Source: Candidatus Heimdallarchaeota archaeon
GTDB lineage: Archaea; Asgardarchaeota; Heimdallarchaeia; JABLTI01
NCBI GenBank assembly: GCA_019056785.1
Contig: DXJV01000048.1
Location: 1-23,066 of the forward strand
Direction: 5' to 3'
DNA: 23,066 nucleotides
The notes under the pieces were generated by a model. It was not told where the DNA came from, searched no databases, and saw only the letters and a program-made list of their open reading frames with translations. The position numbers and the translations under genes were made by a program. This document shows, one piece after another, positions 1 to 8,997 of the stretch (within the stretch, counting starts at the first letter, position 1; each line of letters begins with the position of its first letter).

Positions 1-63
1 ACACAACATTCAACTTGTCAAATAGAGCAATAAAAATTGGAAAAACCTTTTTTTGGCTATTTT

Positions 64-366
64 TTACTCTAATCTGCTTCTGAGTTTCTCCATTTCTGCA
101 TAACGCATTGGTTTTGTGATTTTCCGATGTAGAATCAACCCGGCTGTTAGGATTACGAATCCCGCCACCAGCACCCAGAAGATTGGCAGTTTATAAAAAG
201 TTGACCAAGATAGCTCTGGCAAAAGACCAGGGACAAAAATAAAGACAGTAGGGATAAACATCATAATTGCACCTATTACTGCTAGGCCAAAGGCTAAATA
301 GAGTAGTGTTTTACTTCGGTGTGGTTCTTCAGATTCTTCTGAAATCAATACATTTGATTTTGTCAT
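64..366 (-). CDS. Small hypothetical membrane protein (2 predicted TM helices)
   Basis: 100-aa ORF with ATG start. Two hydrophobic stretches (LLYLAFGLAVIGAIMMFIPTVFIFV; IFWVLVAGFVILTAGLIL) are followed by a basic tail. Confidence 0.75.
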   Translation of the reverse strand: MTKSNVLISEESEEPHRSKTLLYLAFGLAVIGAIMMFIPTVFIFVPGLLPELSWSTFYKLPIFWVLVAGFVILTAGLILHRKITKPMRYAEMEKLRSRLE

Positions 367-490
367 TGTTTTTACCTTCTGCGAGCCATCTTTTCCTTAG
401 AAATTAATAATTATTATTCTTTCCTATTGTAATATTAATATTTACTAAATTATTGAAACAATCGAAAGACTCTACGGTCGTGTAGAAAAA

Positions 491-1261
491 TTGAACGATG
501 AAGAATTTATACTCAGTTCTGAAATTGCTCAAGCCTTGATTAATAAGGCTGCTTTAGAAAAAGGCTTCCACCGGAGGATTACTGCCAAAATTTTCCAAAG
601 CGAGGCGAAGGCTATTAAAAAACGTTTTAACACCATCAGCTTATCTGTAATTGGTGTTTTAGTTATTCTTGCGTCAATCTTGATAATTTTGCAAATACAA
701 TTGATCCTCTTTACAAGCGAAATTGCCATTCCGTTTATTCTTCTTGGACTTACCGTTATTGTTGCCGGTGTTTTTGCTCTCGACTATTTCTATGTTCATT
801 CGAAAGGTGACAGCTTGTTAGAAAAGCATCTTGGAGCAGCAACAATCTGGGAGCAAAAACTCAAAGAACTTCAACGACAAAATACTCGAGTATATAACCA
901 TGTCAAAAAGGCCTTTGATTCAATTCTCCATGTTGACTCCAAATTCATTTTAAATGCATTTATTTTACGTTATTATGTTACTTCACTCAAAGAGGAGGAG
1001 CAACCCATTCCCTTGGAAAGGCTCTATAAATTATTATTATTACTTTCATCAAAAAAGAATATTGACTTGAAAAAACGCCTGAAGAATAAAGAAGAAGAAG
1101 CGGTTTTACGAGAGCAATTGACTCCTTACTGTCAAAAAGCTCGCCTGATTCTAGAGCAGCTTTTAAAACAAACCCCTCTCCCACAGTTTTTCAGATTCAA
1201 CATTCTTTCTGCACAACAAGCGCTCAAGTCTTTCCTTTCTGGTCCTCCTAAAAGAAAGTAA
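491..1261 (+). CDS. Hypothetical membrane protein (2 TM helices plus helical C-terminal domain)
   Basis: 256-aa ORF with TTG start. Two adjacent hydrophobic segments precede a charged helical region. No family recognised. Confidence 0.75.
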   Translation: MNDEEFILSSEIAQALINKAALEKGFHRRITAKIFQSEAKAIKKRFNTISLSVIGVLVILASILIILQIQLILFTSEIAIPFILLGLTVIVAGVFALDYFYVHSKGDSLLEKHLGAATIWEQKLKELQRQNTRVYNHVKKAFDSILHVDSKFILNAFILRYYVTSLKEEEQPIPLERLYKLLLLLSSKKNIDLKKRLKNKEEEAVLREQLTPYCQKARLILEQLLKQTPLPQFFRFNILSAQQALKSFLSGPPKRK

Positions 1262-1296
1262 TGAAAAAAATGAACGAAAAAAGAAGTTGATGCTTG

Positions 1297-1998
1297 ATGA
1301 AGAAAATTGGCATTATCGGTGGTTTAAGTGCCTACTCAACTATCGAATACTATCGAATTCTTATTGAAGAATATAATAAAATAAAAGGAAAAAACCACTC
1401 ACCCGAATTAGTTATTGAAAGCCTTGATCTCGAAATTATCAGTGAATTAATGAGAGCCGACAAATGGGATCAAGTGGCTGAAATCCTAATCGAATCTGCG
1501 CAAAATTTGATCCTCGCCGGAGCAGAAATTATTATTATGGCTACCAACACTCCCCATAAGGTCCATTCTGAGATAATAAAGCATGTTCCTTTCCCTTTTC
1601 CGAGCATTATGGATGCAACAGCAGAAGCTATTGTTGCGAAAGGTATTTCAAAAGTGGGCTTGTTGGGCACTCGGTTCACTATGCAAGGTAAATTCTATCC
1701 TGAAACGCTTGCAAAGTATTCCATTGAAATTTTCGTTCCTTCTCCAGAAGATCAAGAGCTAATTAACAATGTCATTTGGAAAGAGTTAGCGCGTCATGAA
1801 TTGAAACAAGAATCGAAAGAGAAGTATCTTGAAATCATCAACAAGCTCATCGAGAATGGAGCCAAAGGCATTATTCTTGGCTGTACAGAAATCCCTCTTC
1901 TCATAAAACAAGAGGATTGTTCTGTACCGGTCTTTGATACGACAGCCATTCATGCAAAAGCAGCATTAAAATTGGCGCTCGAAGAAGATGATCAGTAA
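1297..1998 (+). CDS. Aspartate/glutamate racemase family protein (YgeA/RacX-like, PLP-independent)
   Basis: Motifs MKKIGIIGGLS..ST..YY, MATNTPH, VGLLGTRFTM, ILGCTEI and FDTT.IHA. ATG at 1297 is preferred over TTG at 1294. Confidence 0.93.
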   Translation: MKKIGIIGGLSAYSTIEYYRILIEEYNKIKGKNHSPELVIESLDLEIISELMRADKWDQVAEILIESAQNLILAGAEIIIMATNTPHKVHSEIIKHVPFPFPSIMDATAEAIVAKGISKVGLLGTRFTMQGKFYPETLAKYSIEIFVPSPEDQELINNVIWKELARHELKQESKEKYLEIINKLIENGAKGIILGCTEIPLLIKQEDCSVPVFDTTAIHAKAALKLALEEDDQ

Positions 1999-4667
1999 TT
2001 AGTGAGAATCTTCAGTAAGAGAGGTTCTTTCCTCACTTCTTTTTCTATACTATCGATTATTTTTGCTTCAAGTAAATTTTGAAAAGAAGTATTTATTACT
2101 TTGACCTTTTCGGGCAATTTGTCATCTTGACTATCCTTTTTCTCTAATAGTTGCTTTATTTCACTATCTTCCAGCTTTAATGGCAAGAGCAAATTGTTTA
2201 ATTCATCCTCATATTGTGGTAGTGTTTTTACTTCAAAATATTGTTGATAGGCCAAATAATCGATTAATTTCTGATAAACTGGCAATTGTTTTTTAAGTGT
2301 GATTGCCTGCTGAGACTGATAGGTATATTCTATTTGTTTTACGAGAATTTGATAATCTGCTAATAACTGCAGAAGCTGCTTTGTTGATTCTTTTACTTCT
2401 GCTTTAATTGGCAATTGTTTTAAATAACTGCCATTATACCGTAGAAACCCTCCTGCTAGATGGATATTACTAAATAATATGCTGTAAATGAAATTCATAA
2501 CTTTCGAATTCAGCAATGCCACGAAATATTTACAATCGCTTTTTTCTTCTGGTAGTAACAAATAAACACCGGTTAAACTTGCAAAAATTCCAGGGTCATA
2601 TGCCGCAATTAATTTGTGAGCAACTTCTTTAATCAATATTTTTGGTTCCGTGAAAATTTTCCATGCTTTTTCAATTTCAGGCGAATGTTTTAGAAAATAA
2701 TTTTTGAATCGTTGTTTGGCAAGCGTAAGCTCTTTCTTTGGGTTGACAGCAAAAGGCGAGATATTTGCTGTCCCTATGAAGTATAAATCCTTGGGAGAAG
2801 TTTTTTGTGGGGCTAACCTAGAGAGATTTTTCTGCCAATTAATAAATCCCAATAAACGGTAATGTATTTGGAATTTCTCTCCTAAAAAGTTAGGCTTTTC
2901 TTTTTGGAACAATTTTTTGACATGAGCAAAATCCTCAGAGAGGATAAATTGTTTATTTGGAAATTTTACAAAGTCTTCTTGTGCTACGCTCAAAACTTCT
3001 ACCGCCTCATTTATCAATGCTTCTAACTTGGTTATTTTTGGATAAACCGCGATGTTTTCTTTTTGTTCTTCTTTATTAGCGGTTCGCTTTTGCACCCCGA
3101 TGACGATTGGATAACTTGCCGTTTTCTGAAAGATTGGGAGATAAGAGATATCCACTAATAACCGAATGTTTGTTTTCTCTAGGAGCATTTCTCTTGTTCG
3201 TAGTCCAAAATCGGTTGATAGAAATTTGTTGGTGATCAAATATACCAGAATTCCATTTGGTTTGAGCAATTGCAAACCTCGCTCAATGAATAAAACGGAC
3301 AAGTCATAGAGTTTGTATGCTGTTCTGAAGAGTTGTTTGTACAAGTGTTTTTCGATATTATTGCGCATTTTTTTACACTCAAGATAAGGAGGATTACCAA
3401 GAATAATATCAAAACCGTTGTTTTGCATAATTTCCGGCCAGTGGATGTACCAGTGAAATGGTTTTAATGTGTCATATTCCCTTCTCAGAAAGGGCATTTT
3501 TTTGAACTGCTTCAGTAAATCCCTATAATGAAAATCCTCGAGCTCTTTTTTAGAGGGCATAGTTGAAAGCTTATGTACACCGATCAAACTATTCCCCACA
3601 TAAAGGTTAGTTTGTACAGTCATTCCTTTTTCGATAAGCTCATGACTCGAGTTATCATATGTTTTATTATCATCTTCTTCTAATAACCAGAGGAAAAATT
3701 GCAATTTTGTTAGATTTACTGCTTCTTCTAGGAGATCAACTCCATAAAGGTTATTTTGGATGATGGATGTTTTAATAATAGTTTTAGAAATGGTTTGCTT
3801 ACCTCGTTGTATGGCCATTTGCAGCTTGCTTTGCCAGCTAAACAATATTTCTGCACTGCTAAGAAGAAACGCTCCTGCTCCAACAGATGGATCAAGTATT
3901 TTTACTTCTTGAAGTAACGAAAGGGCATGAACTTTTTCCTCGTTAGGCGCTGTTAAAAGATCTTCAAATGACTCTAATCTTTTCTTTAGTCGGGAAGTCA
4001 AAAACATTAGAAGTGCTTTTTCGCTCATGAAATCAGCTATTGCTTTTGGAGTGTAATAGGCACCAAAATGCCGGCGTTTGTTAAGTAAAGCATCAATCTT
4101 TGTTGTTGCGTCCACATTTTCCAGCAGCATTAAGTCTTGTTCAAAAATCAAACTGAACAACAAACGAATTGTTTCAAGCGACTGTTCTCTCGAGTATTTT
4201 TCAACTAAATTTATTACTGAAGAAGTTATTTCAGAAGAAAAATTAACGCCGCCTTTTGTATATGAGAGTATTTTTGGGAAACAATTTAAGAGAAAAGAAC
4301 TTTTTCTCTCTCTCTGTGCTGTTTTAATGTTTAATTTTTTCTCCAAGAATGTTTTTAGACTTCTTTGCAAATTTTCGAAGAAGTTGTCTGTTGAAGAGTT
4401 TCTGTTCCAAAAAGCACCGGTTTTGTTTTGATTCTTTGCATTTGATTTCAGAAATTTTTTTTCGCTCATAATTACAAGTAAAAACAATGCAAAAATTATT
4501 TCATGGAAATAATCCAGGCGGTCATTTATCTCCATTGTAGAAGGCAAAGATTCTAGCACAAGGTTTCGGAGGTCAATGTATTCTTCATTGAAAGTTTCGA
4601 AAAAATGTTTTTTATTTTCCTGCAAAGCTACATTGTGAAAACTTTTCGATGAGGACGGCATTGACAT
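1992..4667 (-). CDS. N6-adenine DNA methyltransferase, Eco57I/TaqI-like (gamma-type motif order) with C-terminal target-recognition region
   Basis: Motif X GAYYTP, SAM-binding motif I ILDPSVGAGAFL, LYGVDL, GNSL, catalytic motif IV FDIILGNPPY, DLSVLFIERG, and TaqI_C-like EPKILIK...ALLNSK...YLKQLPI. Confidence 0.9.
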   Translation of the reverse strand: MSMPSSSKSFHNVALQENKKHFFETFNEEYIDLRNLVLESLPSTMEINDRLDYFHEIIFALFLLVIMSEKKFLKSNAKNQNKTGAFWNRNSSTDNFFENLQRSLKTFLEKKLNIKTAQRERKSSFLLNCFPKILSYTKGGVNFSSEITSSVINLVEKYSREQSLETIRLLFSLIFEQDLMLLENVDATTKIDALLNKRRHFGAYYTPKAIADFMSEKALLMFLTSRLKKRLESFEDLLTAPNEEKVHALSLLQEVKILDPSVGAGAFLLSSAEILFSWQSKLQMAIQRGKQTISKTIIKTSIIQNNLYGVDLLEEAVNLTKLQFFLWLLEEDDNKTYDNSSHELIEKGMTVQTNLYVGNSLIGVHKLSTMPSKKELEDFHYRDLLKQFKKMPFLRREYDTLKPFHWYIHWPEIMQNNGFDIILGNPPYLECKKMRNNIEKHLYKQLFRTAYKLYDLSVLFIERGLQLLKPNGILVYLITNKFLSTDFGLRTREMLLEKTNIRLLVDISYLPIFQKTASYPIVIGVQKRTANKEEQKENIAVYPKITKLEALINEAVEVLSVAQEDFVKFPNKQFILSEDFAHVKKLFQKEKPNFLGEKFQIHYRLLGFINWQKNLSRLAPQKTSPKDLYFIGTANISPFAVNPKKELTLAKQRFKNYFLKHSPEIEKAWKIFTEPKILIKEVAHKLIAAYDPGIFASLTGVYLLLPEEKSDCKYFVALLNSKVMNFIYSILFSNIHLAGGFLRYNGSYLKQLPIKAEVKESTKQLLQLLADYQILVKQIEYTYQSQQAITLKKQLPVYQKLIDYLAYQQYFEVKTLPQYEDELNNLLLPLKLEDSEIKQLLEKKDSQDDKLPEKVKVINTSFQNLLEAKIIDSIEKEVRKEPLLLKILTNY

Positions 4668-4706
4668 TCAATTTAAAAACGAATTTACTGACTAAATGTT
4701 TTTTGT

Positions 4707-4727
4707 AAAAAAAAGAAAAAGAGAGAG
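4707..4727 (-). terminator. Putative oligo-T terminator after ferritin
   Basis: Minus strand reads CTCTCTCTTTTTCTTTTTTTT about 20-45 nt past the ferritin stop codon. Confidence 0.45.
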
Positions 4728-4749
4728 GGAGTTATTTCCCAAATTCTGT

Positions 4750-5235
4750 TTAATCGTCCTCTCGATGGACATGACGATCAAAAAGCATGTCATTTTTATA
4801 TGCAACGTGGATCTCAATGAGTGCAGTTGCGTTTGCTTCTTCCTCGATTTGTTCATTAATGAACCATTGTAATAGCGATCGTGGTTGTAATTCTTTGAGT
4901 TTTTCTGCGAGTTTCCAGAGTTCAGTTATTTTATTAGTAATATATTGCTCATGTGCCAACCCTGCTTTAAGGATTTCCTCCACACTTTTCCAGTCTGATT
5001 TTGGTTTCTTTAACTCTAAGAGCTCGACTGTGCCACCCGTTTCGATTATGTACTTCCAGAATTTTTCTGCATGTTCGAATTCTTCTTTTGCTTGTATCCA
5101 GTACCAATTTGCGAGATTCTCAAAATTGTGCTCTTTAAGCCAAATAGACATTCCGAGATAAAGGTATCCGGAATCTAATTCTTCTTTGATTTGTGCATTA
5201 AATGCTTTATTTAGTTCTTCACTTATTAGTGCCAA
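4750..5235 (-). CDS. ftnA: Non-heme ferritin
   Basis: Ferroxidase-centre motifs QIKEELDSGYLY, KEEFEHA, AHEQYIT and WFINEQIEEEA. Likely start is TTG at 5235 (161 aa); the longer ORF start at 5316 adds a low-complexity Lys-rich stretch that is probably non-coding. Confidence 0.93.
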   Translation of the reverse strand: MALISEELNKAFNAQIKEELDSGYLYLGMSIWLKEHNFENLANWYWIQAKEEFEHAEKFWKYIIETGGTVELLELKKPKSDWKSVEEILKAGLAHEQYITNKITELWKLAEKLKELQPRSLLQWFINEQIEEEANATALIEIHVAYKNDMLFDRHVHREDD

Positions 5236-5429
5236 TTGTTTTTCAATCCTGATTTTATTTTTGATTTTTTTTCTTCTTATTTTGCTTTTTTGGGATGAGT
5301 TAGAGAAATCCCACAAGCTTTTTCCAGTTAAACTTACGGAAAGAAGAATAAAAGACTTATTTCTTCGAATCTACTCTTTTGGAGGGGATTTTTGAAATTT
5401 TATAAAGAAAAAGAGAGCAGCAACGGCTC

Positions 5430-6869
5430 TTAAATTCCCCATCGATGTTCTCTTGGGTGGGGGTCGATTAGTTTCAGCATCTCATCTATACCAGGTTCAA
5501 TGCCTTGCATTAGTAAATACCCTTTATTTAGCTCCCGGGTAGTAATTTCGCCAGCGATATTCGTTGTCATGATTCTTTTCACTTCTTTTATATCTCGAGT
5601 TTGGCCAAGCGTCCAGATCATTTTTGCATAAGCTGTTCCCGGCAGCATATTTGCTCCCTCAAATACTCCTCTTGCAAGCATATCTCGCCCTGTCTCGTAA
5701 ACCCTAAGATTTGTAAAGCCAAAGAGTGGTTCCACAACAATGCAGATGGGTATCTCTTCTTCTTGCGCACGTTCCAGGGCAGGGTACATGGCTGTGTTAA
5801 CATGTCCCAGTCCCGTACCAATAAAGATCACCCCGTGATAACCATTATCAATAACTGAGTGCAGCATGTCAGGATTCATTCCCGGATAGAAATAAAGAAT
5901 CGCCACTTTCGGGTCGATTTTTGTGTTTATCCAGGTATCAGCGATATCTCCTCGTCTCTTGACATCCTTTTTAAAGAAGGTAATTTTTTGATTTGCATCA
6001 ATAATTCCCAATGGGATGTCACTTAGAGTACGAAAGGCGTCTCGTCGACTGGAATGCATTTTCCTTACCCGCGTACCACGATGGATAAGATTATAGGAAT
6101 CGCTTGTGCCGCCATGCATACAGACGACCACTTCAGCCAGGTCCGCTTTGCCAGCAATAGTACTGGCATTAATGATATTTAATGGTCCATCACTTGATGG
6201 TCTATCACTACTTCTTTGACTACCAACAAGAACAATGGGAGCTGCCAAATCTTGAAAGATAAATGAAAGAGCTGAGGCAGTGAAACTCATAGTGTCAGTG
6301 CCATGGCCAATAATAACGCCATCTGCTCCACTCTCAAATTCCTTCATCACAGCTTCAGCTGTTTTAACCCAGTACTCAGGTTGGAAGTTCTCAGAAAGAA
6401 GAGAGTAGATTTTTTTCGGCGTAAGATTACAAATATCCATTAATTCCGGCACAGCACTAAAAAGCTCTTCTGGGGTAAATGCCGGGAGTACTGCACCAGT
6501 GCGATAGTCTAACCGAGAGGCAACCGTTCCTCCTGTTCCGAGGAGAGTTACATTGGGCAAGCCTTCTTTAAATCGAATATTAACGTCTGGGAGTTTATAA
6601 TGCCCTTCTTTATACCCTTGTTCTTTAATGGTTGTTTCTGGAGTAATCTTTACACCGATATTATAACCAGTATCTACTTTTAGCACTAAATAACCTTCAG
6701 CTGTATGATCACTTCGTGGGAGAATAACACCCTCATAAATAGCATCACCTTTTTTCACAACAACTTCGCTCCAAACCCCAACCCCTTCCTTCTCGAGTCG
6801 TTTCCGCAATTCCCCTCGATAGCCGATAGGCTCTTTCTGCTTTGCTTTGTTCTTCTTCGTAGTCGACAT
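5430..6869 (-). CDS. gatD: Glutamyl-tRNA(Gln) amidotransferase subunit D
   Basis: GatD N-terminal domain (YEGVILPR...LKVDTGYNIG) plus asparaginase-like motifs TGGTVASRLDYRTGAV, HGTDTM, GSQRSSDRPSSD, KMHSSRRDAF and GTGLGHV. Likely ATG start at 6869 (479 aa). Confidence 0.96.
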   Translation of the reverse strand: MSTTKKNKAKQKEPIGYRGELRKRLEKEGVGVWSEVVVKKGDAIYEGVILPRSDHTAEGYLVLKVDTGYNIGVKITPETTIKEQGYKEGHYKLPDVNIRFKEGLPNVTLLGTGGTVASRLDYRTGAVLPAFTPEELFSAVPELMDICNLTPKKIYSLLSENFQPEYWVKTAEAVMKEFESGADGVIIGHGTDTMSFTASALSFIFQDLAAPIVLVGSQRSSDRPSSDGPLNIINASTIAGKADLAEVVVCMHGGTSDSYNLIHRGTRVRKMHSSRRDAFRTLSDIPLGIIDANQKITFFKKDVKRRGDIADTWINTKIDPKVAILYFYPGMNPDMLHSVIDNGYHGVIFIGTGLGHVNTAMYPALERAQEEEIPICIVVEPLFGFTNLRVYETGRDMLARGVFEGANMLPGTAYAKMIWTLGQTRDIKEVKRIMTTNIAGEITTRELNKGYLLMQGIEPGIDEMLKLIDPHPREHRWGI

Positions 6870-7005
6870 TTTTGCGTTCCTAGCTCTCGTTGCTCTTTTT
6901 TCTTTAAAAGCTCTCTGATAACTTTTGCAGTTCAAAGAAAGAAATGAATCATGCTTTCGAACATAGTTTTTGTATGATCTTAATCGATTTAAGCTAACCT
7001 CCAAC

Positions 7006-7338
7006 TCAAAGTTGCTTTTCTAGCTGGAAGCAGTCCTTCATAAAAGTAATGTCTCGTAGAATCAATTGCTCTCCTGACGCCCCTTGACTAATAGCACCAT
7101 CAGCTTCAATGACTACATCCGGAATGATTTTTTCTTTCGAAAGGATTCCTTTAAGCATCAGCTGCTTTCCCTCTCGTTTTTCAGGCCACTCCAGAAGGTT
7201 CTCCACAAAAACAATCTGCTTATCTTTTAAAAGAATGGCAGGACCGGCTTTAGTTCGAACAGCAAGACCAGTTAGAACGACCTCTTTACCGATATACTTC
7301 TCGAGAGCATCAATGATTTCATTTGGCAAGGAAAACAA
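7006..7338 (-). CDS. Small hypothetical protein, probably beta-rich (OB-fold-like pattern)
   Basis: 110-aa ORF with protein-like pattern GKEVVLTG...KAGPAIL...EWP...GKQLMLKG. Function not recognised. Confidence 0.65.
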   Translation of the reverse strand: MFSLPNEIIDALEKYIGKEVVLTGLAVRTKAGPAILLKDKQIVFVENLLEWPEKREGKQLMLKGILSKEKIIPDVVIEADGAISQGASGEQLILRDITFMKDCFQLEKQL

Positions 7339-7764
7339 CCTTTCACACTTTAATAGATTATTGTCTTTCTTTCTTCAAATGCTTTTTTATAATTCTCATA
7401 GCCTTCATCTTCACCAAAAAATTTAAATGGCTATTAGGTAGTTATTTCGTAAAATCGTACTACACTTTGGCTATTATCTATTAGCAAAAAAATCATAATA
7501 CTTTATTTTCTTCATCAATATTATCTTTTATCTCTACGGCTACAATTACCATAAAGTGATCAATTTTTTTGTACTTTTCTTCTATTCTTTTTATGGTATT
7601 CTAGTAATTTTAAAAATTGATTATTTTCTCATTTCCAACACTTTCTAACAAACCGGTTTTATCATGACATTCTAATTCAAAGGTTTTTAGAATCCCTTTC
7701 TTACTCATTTTCTTGCCACAAATTATTTTAATCTTTTAGTGATTGTTGTTTCCAGGCGATAAGT

Positions 7765-8877
7765 TTGCAACTTGAGAGACGAACTGATTTTGAGGATCTC
7801 ATCTTTGGGGCGAAAATTCTCGGTTGTGGCGGTGGTGGTGAAGAAGCTTTAGCAAGAACATTTCTAGAGCGGATTCTTGCTGAGGGGTTAAAGGTTACTG
7901 TTCTTGATCCTAAGACTGAGCTCTCTGATAATGCTCTTCTCTGTGTGACAGGTATGGTTGGTGGTCGTAAAACCCCTGAAACTTTAGCAATCATTGAAGG
8001 GCTTGAAGAAATTAATAAGGATCCAATGCTTTCTGCCACTCGTTTACTCGAGCAATTTCTCGATGAGAAGTTTTACGCCCTTGTCTCCACTGAAATTGGT
8101 GCCGGTAATTTTTTTGTCCCTATTTATGTTTCTGCAAAGCTAGGTATTGGTGTTATAGATGGCGATCTTTGTGGTCGGGCTAAACCTGAGATTAGTATTT
8201 CCACGAGTAATATTGCCGGCCTTTCCATTACTCCTTTGGCGATTGTTTCTGCTTTTGGCGACGAATTGCTTCTTAAAAGTGCTCAAACAGACCAACGTGC
8301 TGAAGCTATTGCTCGCGAAATGGCTGTGCTTTCTGGCGGGACCGTTGGGGTTGCTCGTTGCCCTGCCTATTGGTCAGCATATCAAAAAGCGGTTATTCCT
8401 GGCACTATGAGTTGGGCTCAGAAAATTGGTACAACCATTCGTTTGGCGCTGGAGAATGGTCAACAACCCCTCAAATCTTTGTTATCTTTACTCACTAGCC
8501 CCTTTCAGCCAAGTGAACCGCGTTATTTTCACGCTCATGTCGAGAATTTTGAGGTTGCCGATCGTGTTGGATTTGTTATTGGTGAAATTTCCCTCAAAGA
8601 TAACAAAGGGCATCGCTATCGAGTTTGGTTTAAAAATGAATTCCTTGTTATCTGGCGTGATGATACACCAATTGCCAGTGCTCCTGACCTGCTTTGCATT
8701 GTTGATGCTAAAACGTGTGAAGGTTTGACGCCGTGGGAGAATGATTTTTTCTCTGGACGCGAAGTCGTTGTTATTATCACCAAGAATCACCCTCTTTGGT
8801 ATACTTCCCGAGGTTTGGAACTTTTTAGCCCCAAGCATTTTGGTTTTACTTTTAATTACCCCGGCACTAAAGTCTAG
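7765..8877 (+). CDS. DUF917 family protein (S-methyl thiohydantoin desulfurase-like fold)
   Basis: Family motifs GAKILGCGGGG, GMVGG, EIGAGN, VIDGDLCGRAKPE, WFKNEFL, PDLLCIVD and FSPKHFG. Confidence 0.88.
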   Translation: MQLERRTDFEDLIFGAKILGCGGGGEEALARTFLERILAEGLKVTVLDPKTELSDNALLCVTGMVGGRKTPETLAIIEGLEEINKDPMLSATRLLEQFLDEKFYALVSTEIGAGNFFVPIYVSAKLGIGVIDGDLCGRAKPEISISTSNIAGLSITPLAIVSAFGDELLLKSAQTDQRAEAIAREMAVLSGGTVGVARCPAYWSAYQKAVIPGTMSWAQKIGTTIRLALENGQQPLKSLLSLLTSPFQPSEPRYFHAHVENFEVADRVGFVIGEISLKDNKGHRYRVWFKNEFLVIWRDDTPIASAPDLLCIVDAKTCEGLTPWENDFFSGREVVVIITKNHPLWYTSRGLELFSPKHFGFTFNYPGTKV

Positions 8878-8997
8878 TTGGTCAGTTTGTGGTCCTCAGA
8901 GACAAGTATTTTATTAATGTATGACCAGAGATAATAAGGAAACAATAGAAACTCTAAATATAAACCATAAAAGACTATTTTATCTGATGGATGAGTT

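Noticed and set aside
5236-5316. N-terminal extension of ferritin in the ORF track
   Set aside because: Translation of an A-rich upstream region; ferritin homology begins at the TTG at 5235.
6870-7008. Possible fusion or TGA (selenocysteine) readthrough from the 110-aa ORF into gatD
   Set aside because: Readthrough of the TGA at 7008..7006 hits TAG after three codons, gatD is in another frame, and no SECIS-like element was recognised.
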